A stretch of DNA of 24,000 nt, from the NCBI GenBank assembly GCA_964423025.1, contig CAYRDH010000007.1:1-24000 (forward strand), read 5' to 3'. The position numbers and the translations under genes are program-made. The notes beneath the pieces are model-generated. The model was given only the letters and a program-made list of their open reading frames with translations. It was not told the DNA's origin and did not search any database. This document shows positions 1 to 9,057 of the stretch, piece after piece; position 1 is the stretch's first letter; each line of letters begins with the position of its first letter. The stretch comes from an uncultured Candidatus Saccharibacteria bacterium (GTDB lineage Bacteria; Patescibacteriota; Dojkabacteria; SC72).

Positions 1-57
1 TAGAGCAACTGCCTTTTAAGCAGTAGGTGCTGGGTTCGAGTCCCAGGCGCCTCACCA
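1..57 (+). tRNA. tRNA-Lys (anticodon UUU), 3' portion only; the 5' end lies upstream of the window
   Basis: Anticodon stem 8-12 (ACTGC) pairs with 20-24 (GCAGT). The 7-nt loop CTTTTAA puts TTT at 15-17. T arm is CTGGG/TTCGAGT/CCCAG (30-46). Acceptor 3' strand is GCGCCTC, discriminator A, encoded CCA at 55-57. Confidence 0.85.
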
Positions 58-133
58 CTCCCTCTTCTCCTGAATGGACAAAGTCTTATGCATCTTGTAC
101 ACTTAAACAGTATTATCTAGTCTCGATGTATAT

Positions 134-520
134 ATGAAAAGGTTTCTTCTTTTAATCTCAATTCTCTTCTTTTTATTTTTATTAGTTTTCATATCTTTTG
201 GCTCTTTTTCATTATTCCCCCCAGGTTGTAAAGATTCTGGTACTGTACCAGGAGGTTGTTTCAGTACTCGATCTGTAGCGATGTTGGGGAAATTAAACTT
301 GTCTCCTTGTTTAAATATTCGTGTAATTAACTGTAGCCAACCTGGGATTGAAATTCATAACAATTGTGATTCGCAAATAACTGTAAATGGAGTACAAAGA
401 AGTACTCTATCTCCATATATCTATTTAGATGCAAAACAAGGTTTGAATCTGTTTAGAGGCTCAGGAAAAGGCCTTCCATTTATTGTCCTCGTTTCTGTTT
501 CCCCTCCTTTGTGTGATTAG
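134..520 (+). CDS. Small secreted or membrane-anchored Cys-rich protein (128 aa), function unknown
   Basis: ORF track. N-terminal hydrophobic signal-like segment MKRFLLLISILFFLFLLVFISFG, then a polar region with several Cys, ending in CD. No SD, which is normal for this window. No recognisable family. Confidence 0.4.
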   Translation: MKRFLLLISILFFLFLLVFISFGSFSLFPPGCKDSGTVPGGCFSTRSVAMLGKLNLSPCLNIRVINCSQPGIEIHNNCDSQITVNGVQRSTLSPYIYLDAKQGLNLFRGSGKGLPFIVLVSVSPPLCD

Positions 521-622
521 TGTATATCAGATTACTTTTTCTTGTGTCGCTAATGTTTTTCTGTCTAAGAGAATCATGTCTAAACCCTTTAACAAAGAGC
601 CTAGTTTTAATAGCTTTTATGC

Positions 623-637
623 AATTGGTTGCAAAAC
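623..637. repeat. Exact 15-mer AATTGGTTGCAAAAC, copy 1 of 2, with weaker flanking similarity
   Basis: Identical 15-mer at 1031-1045. The downstream flank is also similar (TCTCA..TTC..TCA, later ATTTATT). Each copy lies downstream of a small Cys-rich ORF. Confidence 0.7.
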
Positions 638-736
638 TGTCTCACTCTTCTCATTTCCCTAATCCACATACACCCCAACTATTTATTTCAAGTTTTTTAT
701 GTTATTTTTATTTATATCATTTGTGTAATGTTAAAT

Positions 737-994
737 ATGAAAGTTAGTAAGAAAATAAAGTTATTCATTGTTATCTTGGGAGTTCCTGTCCTAATTCTTT
801 CTCTTTTACTATTATTTTCTCCCGTTCGTCTTAATATGTCTTTTTTCCTTGGGGATAGTGACATAATGTTTTGTGGAGGTAAGGGATATAGGGGGGACTA
901 TTTTATTAGTGGGTTAGAATGTTGTGGGACTAAGAAATTCTGGAATGTCGGTCCTACAATAATGCCAGGTCCTAATAGCTATGATTGTGAATAA
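737..994 (+). CDS. Small secreted or membrane-anchored Cys-rich protein (85 aa from the ATG at 737), function unknown
   Basis: Part of ORF 629..994. I start it at MKVSKKIKLFIVILGVPVLILSLLLLF (signal-like) because the upstream part of the ORF runs through the intergenic 15-mer repeat. The C-terminal part is Cys/Gly-rich and ends in CE. Confidence 0.4.
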   Translation: MKVSKKIKLFIVILGVPVLILSLLLLFSPVRLNMSFFLGDSDIMFCGGKGYRGDYFISGLECCGTKKFWNVGPTIMPGPNSYDCE

Positions 995-1030
995 ATTTCG
1001 TTCTTGTTAGTTTCTTTCTATGTAACCCCT

Positions 1031-1045
1031 AATTGGTTGCAAAAC
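1031..1045. repeat. Exact 15-mer AATTGGTTGCAAAAC, copy 2 of 2
   Basis: Identical to 623-637 and sits in a comparable position after the stop of the 737..994 ORF. Confidence 0.7.
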
Positions 1046-1142
1046 AATCTCATTTTCCTCACCACAGGCAATTTATTGTCCTTCCTATTTTTCTAATCTC
1101 CCCTTTTAACCCCATAGTATTGTTCTTTCTTTTCTCCTAAAG

Positions 1143-1186
1143 TATAATATTGCATTGAATATATGGGTTTTCATACCCATTCAATG
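1143..1186 (+). promoter_or_regulatory. Putative -10 box (TATAAT, 1143-1148) followed by a leader stem-loop upstream of the 1250 gene
   Basis: TATAAT at 1143-1148. CATTGAAT (1153-1160) pairs with ATTCAATG (1179-1186), and GGGT (1165-1168) pairs with ACCC (1175-1178) across an ATAT bulge. The SD AAGGAG follows about 50 nt later. Confidence 0.35.
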
Positions 1187-1249
1187 TCATTTTGCACATT
1201 AAAAAAAGAGGCTAGATTTATCCAATTCCAATAGACTAAGGAGCTAAAA

Positions 1250-1981
1250 ATGCTGTATGTAGTATTCATTCTTGCTGTTTTTGTAACAGTCCTGTATTTC
1301 ACAGGACCAGAATTTATCCTCCAGAAGAAATTTCGTGGACAAGATCTCTATGAAATCCTCTCTGATGAGGAACACAACCATACTTTAAGACTCCTGGGAA
1401 GAGGTTTGCATGCGGTCCTTTATTCGCTTGTATACTATCCCACGTCACTCATTGCAATCCCCTTAATTATTCTTTGGGCGATTTCCAATGATGTCGGTTT
1501 GCGGGTTGTGTCCTTTATTGCAATAGCAGCTGTCCTTGTATTGCTTTTTCAATTGGGTCAGTGGTTGTGGGAAGCGATATCTAGAAATAAAGGGAAAGCA
1601 GATATCTTAACGGATGATGGCAAAAGGTATCGCGGAGAGCTTCTTTCGGAAGAAAAGATTGTAAACTTCGATGTAATAATGCCAGACATTCCCGAAGGTG
1701 TTCATATAAGTGGTGTTTTGCTTGATGAGGATGATAGGAAAATGAAGATTCGTACATCCGATGGAGTTCAGAATCTTTACAAGAGTCCTCTTGATCTTGA
1801 GACCTTAGAAAAAAGGACTATCTTCGAAGCGGAGATCAAGTTAAAGGACGGAACGAAGAAGACCGGACGCAGAGTACATATTCTCGGAGAGAAACCTTTT
1901 AAGGAGTTCTTGGGGAATTTCCCAGACCTGCTTCTTGTTTTCTATCTTTGGTATTTGGTCGTTGTCCAACTTATTAACTAG
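1250..1981 (+). CDS. Polytopic membrane protein with a central soluble domain (243 aa), function unknown
   Basis: ORF track. Several hydrophobic helices at the N terminus and one at the C terminus. Strong SD context TAAGGAGCTAAAAATG, which is unusual in this window. Confidence 0.75.
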   Translation: MLYVVFILAVFVTVLYFTGPEFILQKKFRGQDLYEILSDEEHNHTLRLLGRGLHAVLYSLVYYPTSLIAIPLIILWAISNDVGLRVVSFIAIAAVLVLLFQLGQWLWEAISRNKGKADILTDDGKRYRGELLSEEKIVNFDVIMPDIPEGVHISGVLLDEDDRKMKIRTSDGVQNLYKSPLDLETLEKRTIFEAEIKLKDGTKKTGRRVHILGEKPFKEFLGNFPDLLLVFYLWYLVVVQLIN

Positions 1982-2005
1982 TTTCTAAACAGTTTTGTGC
2001 AAAAT

Positions 2006-2070
2006 AACCCCAGGGTTGATACTTTCGTGTCTAACACGGATTTAAATCAGACTTGGGGTTTTTGCTTTTT
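2006..2070. terminator. Possible bidirectional terminator between convergent genes
   Basis: AACCCCA (2006-2012) pairs with TGGGGTT (2054-2060) and encloses an inner hairpin CGTGT-CTA-ACACG. It is followed by TTTGCTTTTT on the + strand and by a weaker T-rich run on the - strand. The long interior makes this uncertain. Confidence 0.4.
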
Positions 2071-2088
2071 AAATACAAAAACCAAGAC

Positions 2089-2721
2089 TTACATATCTAC
2101 ATCCAAAGCACAGTTTGGACAACTTTCATATTGCTCAACAACACCTGGGTGTAAATCTGTGTAGTTAGATGAAAATTCACAATCTACATCTAAACATTGA
2201 GGAATCCAGTAACCAAAATCATCTTCTGTAGAACCAAAAAGGAATCCATTGTGCCCGTATCCTCCACCTGGGTAGGTGTCTTTTCTGACGACACTAACTT
2301 CGTAGTAGGTGTCTTCCTCGTCTTTACTTATTGACATAGAGATAATCTTTGTCTGCTGTCCATGTTCAGGATCATTGTAGTAGTCAAAGTAGGGGACGAC
2401 CAATTTCTCTCTTAAAGCAGCTCTCTCATCTTCACCTTGAAACAAGCCTCCCGGGACATATATAACAGCATAGGGATCCTCCTCTTCGTTCTCTGCCTCC
2501 TCCTCAACTTCTTCTAAATCGGTATCTTCGTTAGTATCTACCTCGTTAACATCAACATCTTCTTGCTTTATTGCTGTATTAGTTTTTAGTAATGTGAGTT
2601 CACTATTTAAGTTTTGTATCTCTTGTTCTCTGTACAGGTATACCAAAACGGCAGTAACTATACCCGTTATTAGAAATGTAAGAATAATTCCTAATATTGA
2701 TTTTATTTTAAGTTTTTTCAT
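2089..2721 (-). CDS. N-terminally membrane-anchored protein with an acidic linker and a Cys-containing C-terminal domain (210 aa), function unknown
   Basis: ORF track. TM segment ILGIILTFLITGIVTAVLVYL, then a coiled-coil-like stretch, a D/E-rich linker and a globular C-terminal part. Confidence 0.7.
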   Translation of the reverse strand: MKKLKIKSILGIILTFLITGIVTAVLVYLYREQEIQNLNSELTLLKTNTAIKQEDVDVNEVDTNEDTDLEEVEEEAENEEEDPYAVIYVPGGLFQGEDERAALREKLVVPYFDYYNDPEHGQQTKIISMSISKDEEDTYYEVSVVRKDTYPGGGYGHNGFLFGSTEDDFGYWIPQCLDVDCEFSSNYTDLHPGVVEQYESCPNCALDVDM

Positions 2722-2843
2722 TTAAACCCCAAGTAATATTATTATTTTATTATTCTAGATTAAAGAAATTTTGTTTAGGGATATCTCCTTCGAAGGTTCT
2801 TTTGTGGTAGGATAGTAGTAGCAATATATAAGCACAAAGACTT

Positions 2844-3275
2844 ATGCTCAAGAACATAAAGATACTGTTTTTTATTCAGTTTTGTTTAGTTTTGCTTTTC
2901 CCAACCCTGATACTAATTGGTGTGTATTTCCCTTTCTGGGGTATTATCCCAGCACTTGCCATTGTTTCTTTGGTAATGGTTGTTAAAAATCTAAAGAAAG
3001 GGTTGTTAAGAACGAGCATGATAATAAACAACTTATCTATACTTCTTTTCCCTTTTTTCTTTACCCTAATAATACTGTTGGCCTTCCCACCAGGCTTTCT
3101 CGGAACCCTTGGAGGAAAGAACTGTCCTGTATCTCCCGATCTTGCATTAAAGTCTTTTGGAGTAATCTCTTCCACCTTGGGTTTGGTCATAATTCCTTTA
3201 ACATACCTTGTGACAGCAATAATAATCACGGTTCTTTTTATTAAGGATAAAACTCAAAAGAAGGGCAAGAAGTAA
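2844..3275 (+). CDS. Small polytopic membrane protein (143 aa), function unknown
   Basis: ORF track. About four hydrophobic helices and a K-rich C-terminal tail. The antisense ORF 2876..3229 is judged spurious. Confidence 0.6.
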   Translation: MLKNIKILFFIQFCLVLLFPTLILIGVYFPFWGIIPALAIVSLVMVVKNLKKGLLRTSMIINNLSILLFPFFFTLIILLAFPPGFLGTLGGKNCPVSPDLALKSFGVISSTLGLVIIPLTYLVTAIIITVLFIKDKTQKKGKK

Positions 3276-3347
3276 CAAAAGATAAGGGAATTTAATAGGC
3301 TCTTTATCTGTGTTATACTCCCTCAATAAAATAATTACACAATCGTA

Positions 3348-3797
3348 ATGACAGAAGGAAATACTCCAATAGAAACCTCTCCAGAACAAAACCAATCTTA
3401 TTGGTCTGATGCTAGAAAACTTTTAGATAATGATGACCCAAGAAGAAAGAATGATGGAGTAGTGGAATTGCTTCTTAAAATGACCCCTGAGCTTCTAGAG
3501 GAAGACTACAACACCTACGAGGAAGGTTTTGACCTAGTTCTAAAGGCTTTGGCTTTTGAAGATACAGAAAGGACTCTGTACTACCCAATTAGAGTTTGTG
3601 CTGTTTGCACTCTTTCAAATGTTTTAGAGCATATCCAGAAGAATCCTAAAGTGGAGTATGCTGCAATATATGCAGAAGCAGCATTGGCAATTGAGGATAA
3701 AGCTTATGACAAGGACGAGCACACTAGGGTAAGATTACCTGCAAAAGTGGCTGTTAGAAAGTATTTAAATGGTTACAGGAAAAGGATTTTCAGGTAA
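3348..3797 (+). CDS. Hypothetical soluble, probably helical protein (149 aa)
   Basis: ORF track. No TM segment and no motif I recognise. TGTTATACT, an extended -10-like element, lies about 30 nt upstream. Confidence 0.6.
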   Translation: MTEGNTPIETSPEQNQSYWSDARKLLDNDDPRRKNDGVVELLLKMTPELLEEDYNTYEEGFDLVLKALAFEDTERTLYYPIRVCAVCTLSNVLEHIQKNPKVEYAAIYAEAALAIEDKAYDKDEHTRVRLPAKVAVRKYLNGYRKRIFR

Positions 3798-3800
3798 CCC

Positions 3801-4967
3801 TCACTTTAGTAAATCTAACTCTCCTCCAAGCCTCCAGTAAGATATCCCTGCAATTTCATACTCTTTTGCTAATGTTCTTCTAGATTCAACACCATCTGGA
3901 GATTGAAAATAGGCCTTGCAGGTATAACCATTATCACAGCTAAATACCGAATAAGTTTCCCCAATATCTTCTTTATATACATACTCTATATCTGGGTCAT
4001 TTACGATTGCACTAAGTGCTGTGGTGTATGTAAAAGCTATAGTTCTGTCACTAGACCATTGGTAACCATACAGGTGAATACCCAGCCATATCTTCTCTTC
4101 AGGAATTTTCTCTGTAGCATAATCTAAAACTTCCTTTACCCAATCTATTGGTGCTATTGGTCCAGGAATTTGTGAAGACTGAAGAGTGTAATCATAGGCC
4201 ATTATTCTAACCTCGTCTGCATACTTAGCAATCTCAGAATAATCTTGAACAGCTCTTGTTTCTTGATGATCTTTGTAATCTGCATCCTCCCATTTGGCAA
4301 AAACGGTAACAGACGAAATCTTGCCTATTTCATCTAGTTCTTCACTTAACTTTTTAATGAAGTTAAGGTAGTTCTCCCTGTAAGAACTATTTACCATCTC
4401 GTAATCTAAATCTATACCATCAAAATTATACTTCACTACCTCCGCAATAATCTTCTCTACCTGTCTCTGGTAAGCAGCTTCATCTTTAAATGCGCTTGCA
4501 GTAGATTCAAAATCGTATGATCCAATTGTTGGAAGCACCTTTATATTATTCTCTCTACAGAAAGAAAGAAGTTCCTTAATCTTTGCTTCTGAAACGCCTC
4601 TGGAAACAACATCTCCTGATTTGTCCACTGTGTAGAGGACAGGGAGGGCGGTGTCTATTATCCCAAGGTTGTTCTCTAAACTCTCAAGCCCTAAATCAAA
4701 ACCCCAGTTTGGTATCCAACCAGACTCCTTTAATACATAAGGAGCAATCTCCTCCTCTTCCTCTTCTGGGATCTCTTCTTGAGCTTCCAACTCCCTTTCT
4801 ACTTGGTCAAGAGTATTTACATTAGCACTCTCATACAAATTAACTTCCCCAAGAGAGTCTCCATTCTCTGGAGTAGGGCGAGTTAAAAACATAAAAGTTA
4901 AGGAAAGAAGGATTATTAAACTTCCGAAAGCCATTCCGATTATGGGCAAGGTTTTTGTTGCTTTCAT
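3801..4967 (-). CDS. Glycoside hydrolase family 18 (chitinase / peptidoglycan-hydrolase-like), N-terminal membrane anchor
   Basis: GH18 catalytic motif DxxDxDxE is present as FDGIDLDYE. N-terminal TM segment LPIIGMAFGSLIILLSLTFMFL is followed by an acidic linker. Confidence 0.85.
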   Translation of the reverse strand: MKATKTLPIIGMAFGSLIILLSLTFMFLTRPTPENGDSLGEVNLYESANVNTLDQVERELEAQEEIPEEEEEEIAPYVLKESGWIPNWGFDLGLESLENNLGIIDTALPVLYTVDKSGDVVSRGVSEAKIKELLSFCRENNIKVLPTIGSYDFESTASAFKDEAAYQRQVEKIIAEVVKYNFDGIDLDYEMVNSSYRENYLNFIKKLSEELDEIGKISSVTVFAKWEDADYKDHQETRAVQDYSEIAKYADEVRIMAYDYTLQSSQIPGPIAPIDWVKEVLDYATEKIPEEKIWLGIHLYGYQWSSDRTIAFTYTTALSAIVNDPDIEYVYKEDIGETYSVFSCDNGYTCKAYFQSPDGVESRRTLAKEYEIAGISYWRLGGELDLLK

Positions 4968-4981
4968 TTATATATAATATA

Positions 4982-5905
4982 TTACAAAGAGATCTTTTTC
5001 TCAAAGTCAATAAAAAGAGTATCGTAATTAAAGTCAGGGTAATGCTCTTTGCTTAGATATATACCATATGGATCCCTACTTAGAATTTTCTCTCCACTCT
5101 CCCAATCCCTAGCCGCTTCTTCAAAGTGTAAGTGGGGTTTATCCCAACTTTTAATTTTTCTTAAGTTTGGTCTTTTTCTATTTTCAAAATATTTAAGTCT
5201 TCCATGTATTAATCCAGATACACCGATATATCCAATAATATCTCCTTGTTCTACCCATTTCACATATTTATTGTCCTCATCCGCAAGCCTTTTTAGTTCC
5301 CCAGGGGTATACATGAAGGATTCTTTTTTCTTTATGTTCTCTGAGAAGGAATAGCCATAGAGCCTTTTTATCCAAGAGTATTTCCTAATTATTCTTCTAG
5401 TATTTCTTATCATCTCTTCTATTTCTTCTTTCCCTTTCCTATATTTTCTCTTATCTTTATTGCTTTTAATTATCCTTCGTTTGTAATCTACTCTTAGGGG
5501 TCTGTGTGTTTTAGCATATATGCCATCCCCAAATTTTGAAAGATGTCCATATATTGTTATTCTTCCACCTTTAACCCTAGAAATTTTGTAGGGATGATAT
5601 ATCTGTACGAAATAGCCTAGGCCTGAGGAGAAAGGCTTGCCATCGTATAACTTTGGGGTGTTATCCTCGTTTAGAACTGTATATCTGTGGTAACCTGCTA
5701 CAGCATAACCACTTGCAGAAGCATAAACAGGGGTCTTATGTGTAGAAGCGTAGTCTATTCCTTTGTGAAAATACCTGTTAAGAATATCTCTTTCCTCCTT
5801 TGTATAAAGGAAACCTTCTGTTATTGGGGCGCTCTCTTTTAAGGGGTGTATTAGGTATCTGTAATTTCTAATATCCGGGGCATATCTTACTCTCACTGTA
5901 GCCAT
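4982..5905 (-). CDS. M23 family metallopeptidase (LytM/lysostaphin-like) with an internal Lys/Arg-rich insertion and no obvious signal peptide
   Basis: M23 motifs HxxxD (HKGIDYA) and HxH (PHLHFE). A K/R-rich segment (KRRIIKSNKDKRKYRKGKEE...) lies between them. TATAAT sits 7 nt upstream of the ATG, so the mRNA may be leaderless. Confidence 0.8.
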   Translation of the reverse strand: MATVRVRYAPDIRNYRYLIHPLKESAPITEGFLYTKEERDILNRYFHKGIDYASTHKTPVYASASGYAVAGYHRYTVLNEDNTPKLYDGKPFSSGLGYFVQIYHPYKISRVKGGRITIYGHLSKFGDGIYAKTHRPLRVDYKRRIIKSNKDKRKYRKGKEEIEEMIRNTRRIIRKYSWIKRLYGYSFSENIKKKESFMYTPGELKRLADEDNKYVKWVEQGDIIGYIGVSGLIHGRLKYFENRKRPNLRKIKSWDKPHLHFEEAARDWESGEKILSRDPYGIYLSKEHYPDFNYDTLFIDFEKKISL

Positions 5906-5932
5906 ATATCATATTATACAGGATAATGGTTT

Positions 5933-6982
5933 TTAGAGAGTAGCTTCTTCTAAGTGATCTTTTATCGTGGTCTCAATTATCTCTATAGCTTTTTTGATGT
6001 CAGTAGCTTCAAAGTCACATCCAGAGGCTCCTTGATGACCCCCTCCACCTGGAAAAGTTCTAGAGAAGACGGAAGTGTCTACACTCCCATTTATAGCTCT
6101 AAAGGATACTTTGTAATGGTTCTCCTCTTCGAGTATTGGGGTTATAACAAAACCCCAGTTGTTATTTTCTATGGTTCTTACATATTCATTTACATACATC
6201 TCTGAAGCGTTCTTGTATAGACCAAATAGCTCTGGATTAGCTCTTACTTTCTGTGCTGTTTCGTCTGTAAAGAAACTAAAGGTGTAGTTATCTCTAATTA
6301 CAGTGTTATTAATTAATTCTTGTAAGAATTTTAATGTTGTCATTTGGTTTCTTCCAAATGTATAGGTGATTTTTTCTATCATCTGCTCATCAAAGGTTAT
6401 TAACTCTGATGCTATTGCAAAAGTTTTTTGTAAATCCTTTGCATAAAGAAATCTCCCTGTATCTCCAACTATTCCAGTCATAATGCAGTAAGCAATATCT
6501 TTATCTAGTTTATATTTGAAATCTTTAATAAATATCTCATACACAACCTCTGCAGCACTTCCAAAGTCTTCTTGTATGTAAAGGTCAAAGTTGTCAAAAC
6601 CTTTTTTAGGATGATGGTCTATACAGATTGTTTTTAAATCCTTCCTGCTTTCTATAAAATCCCCAAGCTCCTCATGTTCTTTCTTTGTTAGTCTCTTCCA
6701 GTTATTAGCATCAAGGACTATTAAGAGATCTATGTCTTCCTCTTGGATAATTTCTTCATGATTTCTGTTTTGGATTCTGTCAAAGCTTTTTAATATGTTG
6801 AACCTCTCATCCATGGGGTCTTCGAAATTAACGAGAACCTTCTTATTAAAGTTTTGGTTTATGATGTTATAAAGTCCGAGGGTAGAACCCATTGCATCAT
6901 AGTCTGGGTTCTTGTGTCCTGTGATTAATATGTTTTTGGAATTTTTAATATACTCTAAGAGTTCTTTGTATTCCTTTTTCAT
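5933..6982 (-). CDS. nrnA: DHH/DHHA1 family phosphoesterase (NrnA-like oligoribonuclease / pAp phosphatase)
   Basis: Motifs HKNPDYDAMGS, LIVLDAN, CIDHHP and GDTGRF, plus the DHHA1 motif GGGGHQGASG. Confidence 0.8.
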   Translation of the reverse strand: MKKEYKELLEYIKNSKNILITGHKNPDYDAMGSTLGLYNIINQNFNKKVLVNFEDPMDERFNILKSFDRIQNRNHEEIIQEEDIDLLIVLDANNWKRLTKKEHEELGDFIESRKDLKTICIDHHPKKGFDNFDLYIQEDFGSAAEVVYEIFIKDFKYKLDKDIAYCIMTGIVGDTGRFLYAKDLQKTFAIASELITFDEQMIEKITYTFGRNQMTTLKFLQELINNTVIRDNYTFSFFTDETAQKVRANPELFGLYKNASEMYVNEYVRTIENNNWGFVITPILEEENHYKVSFRAINGSVDTSVFSRTFPGGGGHQGASGCDFEATDIKKAIEIIETTIKDHLEEATL

Positions 6983-6984
6983 TT

Positions 6985-8424
6985 TTATATTTTTAACTCC
7001 AATCTGCCAGTTTCTTTTTCTAGTGCAAAGGAGGCATTTAATATGGTCTGTTCATCAAAGTGTCTACCTATGAACTGGATACCTGTGGGCATACCTTCGC
7101 TTAGGCCTGAAGGTATAGATATCCCAGGGAGGCCTGCTTCGGAACTAGATTCTGCCAAGACATCTGCTAATTCTCCAAAGAGGGGATTTTCTGCGTCCTC
7201 GTCTTTAAGCGCTATTGATGGGGTAGTGGGCCCTATGATTAAGTCATATTTATTAAGGATTCTGTCGATGTCTTCTTTAATTAACTGTCTAACCTGTTCA
7301 GACTTTTTGAAGTATTCATCTGCATATCCAGCGGATAATGAAAAGGTTCCAGTCATAATTCTTCTCTTATTCTCTTCTCCTAATCCTTCACCTCTTGTAG
7401 ATTCGTAAAGGTCGATTATTGTTTTGTTTTCAGTCCCTTCATAACCATATCTTGTTCCATCATATCTTGCCAAGTTTGAGGAGACCTCACTTCTGCAAGT
7501 TATTGTGTAAACAGCTATCCCATATTTAGGATCTAATATGTTTACTTCCTCTATCTTGGCTCCTAATTTCTTTAATGTATCTATAGCACTAAGGAAGTTC
7601 TTTCTAACACCATCTTCCAGTTCTAATTCTAGATATTCCTTAGGTAGTGCAATCTTCATCCCCTTTATTTTGTTAGCATCTAAACTTTCGTAGTAATTAG
7701 GGACTTCTGTTTTGGAAGATGTGAAGTCATTTTTGTCATGTCCTGCCATAATGCTGAGCATGTATGCTGCATCTTCTACACTCTTCGTAATTGGGCCTGG
7801 ACTGTCTAATGAGGAACCCATTGCTAATACTCCATATCTAGATACTCTTCCGTATGTTGGTTTAAGTCCGACTATCCCGCACCATGATGCTGGGAGACGA
7901 ATTGAACCAGCTGTTTCTGTTCCAATGGATGCAGTAGATAGGTCAGCTGCTAAAGCTGCTGCAGAACCTCCACTAGAGCCTCCAGGGAGTCTTTCTGTGT
8001 CCCAAGGGTTCCTAGATGGTCCATAATATGATGTTACTGTTCCAGATCCATGACAGAATTGGTCTAGGTTAGTTTTACCAATTAAGATAGCTTCTTGTTC
8101 TTTAAGTTTTTTAATAACGGTAGCATCATAAACGGGTTTGTAACCTTCTAAAATCTTGGATGCTGCTGTTGTAGGTAGTCCCTTTGTAGAAAATATGTCT
8201 TTTACTGAAATGGGAATACCTGCAAGCTTGTTTTCTTTAAGTCTGTCAAAGTTGTTGTCTAGCTCTTCTGCCTGTTTAAGGGAGTCATCTGCAAAAACAT
8301 TGATGTATGTGTTAAGAGATTTGTCTAATTTTTCTATTCTGTCTACGTAGTATTGTACTATCTCTTTGGCAGATATCTCTTTTTTAAGAAGTTTCTCTCT
8401 TAGTTGAGTTATTGTTAAGTTCAT
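6985..8424 (-). CDS. gatA: Glutamyl/aspartyl-tRNA amidotransferase subunit A
   Basis: Amidase signature GGSSGGSAAALAA, typical GatA length (479 aa), and end-to-end resemblance to GatA proteins. Confidence 0.92.
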   Translation of the reverse strand: MNLTITQLREKLLKKEISAKEIVQYYVDRIEKLDKSLNTYINVFADDSLKQAEELDNNFDRLKENKLAGIPISVKDIFSTKGLPTTAASKILEGYKPVYDATVIKKLKEQEAILIGKTNLDQFCHGSGTVTSYYGPSRNPWDTERLPGGSSGGSAAALAADLSTASIGTETAGSIRLPASWCGIVGLKPTYGRVSRYGVLAMGSSLDSPGPITKSVEDAAYMLSIMAGHDKNDFTSSKTEVPNYYESLDANKIKGMKIALPKEYLELELEDGVRKNFLSAIDTLKKLGAKIEEVNILDPKYGIAVYTITCRSEVSSNLARYDGTRYGYEGTENKTIIDLYESTRGEGLGEENKRRIMTGTFSLSAGYADEYFKKSEQVRQLIKEDIDRILNKYDLIIGPTTPSIALKDEDAENPLFGELADVLAESSSEAGLPGISIPSGLSEGMPTGIQFIGRHFDEQTILNASFALEKETGRLELKI

Positions 8425-8436
8425 TATTTAACTATT

Positions 8437-9009
8437 CTACCAAAAAGGCCAATAAATGAGAATTGAAATACTTAAGGGAATAAGGGTTCCGAGGGTTACT
8501 TGGGTTAGGGTGTGTTTGTTAAGTGCTATTCTAGACCAGCCGACGAATGGTGTTAGTACAAAAAGAAACATAAGTGCAGGAGTGGTTGGGAATAGATAGA
8601 TTAGTGTGGCAAACAGTATTGTGGAATATGTCATATGTCCAGATATTTTCCAGTAGAAGGTTATTATGGTGACTATGGTAGAGACGACAAAGAGATTCAT
8701 GGTTACTCTGGTTAAGGTTTCTACATTTAGGGCTAATACAAAGAAGAATATTACACCAAACAATATTGTTATTGTTGTAAAGTAAGGAGGTCTTTCCTTT
8801 CTGTCTGTGAATTCATAGTCTGTCACCTTCCCTAATTTTTTAAGCGTTAAGTAGGGGAGTATGGGGGAGAGTAGGTACAGGAAGAAGAGAATTATTTTTT
8901 GTGTGATTGGTATGGGCGAAGAGAATACGGCAATGGTTGGTGTTAGTATCATGGTCATAAAACCATTGAACATTTCGGATATTATTCTTGCGATTTTCGT
9001 TTTGGCCAT
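8437..9009 (-). CDS. PAP2-superfamily membrane phosphatase (190 aa)
   Basis: Polytopic membrane protein carrying PAP2-like motifs KERPP, SGH (KISGHM) and SRxxxxxH (SRIALNKH). Confidence 0.6.
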   Translation of the reverse strand: MAKTKIARIISEMFNGFMTMILTPTIAVFSSPIPITQKIILFFLYLLSPILPYLTLKKLGKVTDYEFTDRKERPPYFTTITILFGVIFFFVLALNVETLTRVTMNLFVVSTIVTIITFYWKISGHMTYSTILFATLIYLFPTTPALMFLFVLTPFVGWSRIALNKHTLTQVTLGTLIPLSISILIYWPFW

Positions 9010-9014
9010 CGTTT

Positions 9015-9042
9015 ATTCTAGCGGAAAAGTTTGTGTATGCAA
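9015..9042 (-). promoter_or_regulatory. Putative promoter of the PAP2-gatA-nrnA gene string; would give a leaderless mRNA
   Basis: The minus strand reads TTGCAT (9042-9037), a 16-nt spacer, TAGAAT (9020-9015), 5 nt, then the ATG at 9009. Confidence 0.4.
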
Positions 9043-9057
9043 AGTGTGAGGGTTTTT

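Noticed and set aside
520-747. ORF 520..747 (75 aa) and the 629..736 part of ORF 629..994
   Set aside because: Both run through the repeated intergenic 15-mer region. ORF 520..747 starts at a GTG overlapping the previous stop. Neither shows protein-like features beyond AT-rich hydrophobic codons.
1-1249. A tRNA-Lys-flanked genomic island with an att direct repeat
   Set aside because: I found no second copy of the tRNA 3' end (GGTTCGAGTCCCAGGCGCCTCACCA) and no integrase in the window. The island idea stays as context only.
1362-1369. A third CUGAUGAG core motif inside the 1250..1981 CDS (+ strand)
   Set aside because: There is no stem II/GAAA continuation, no flanking GUH site and no complementary stems. 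It is a chance octamer in coding sequence (LSDEE).
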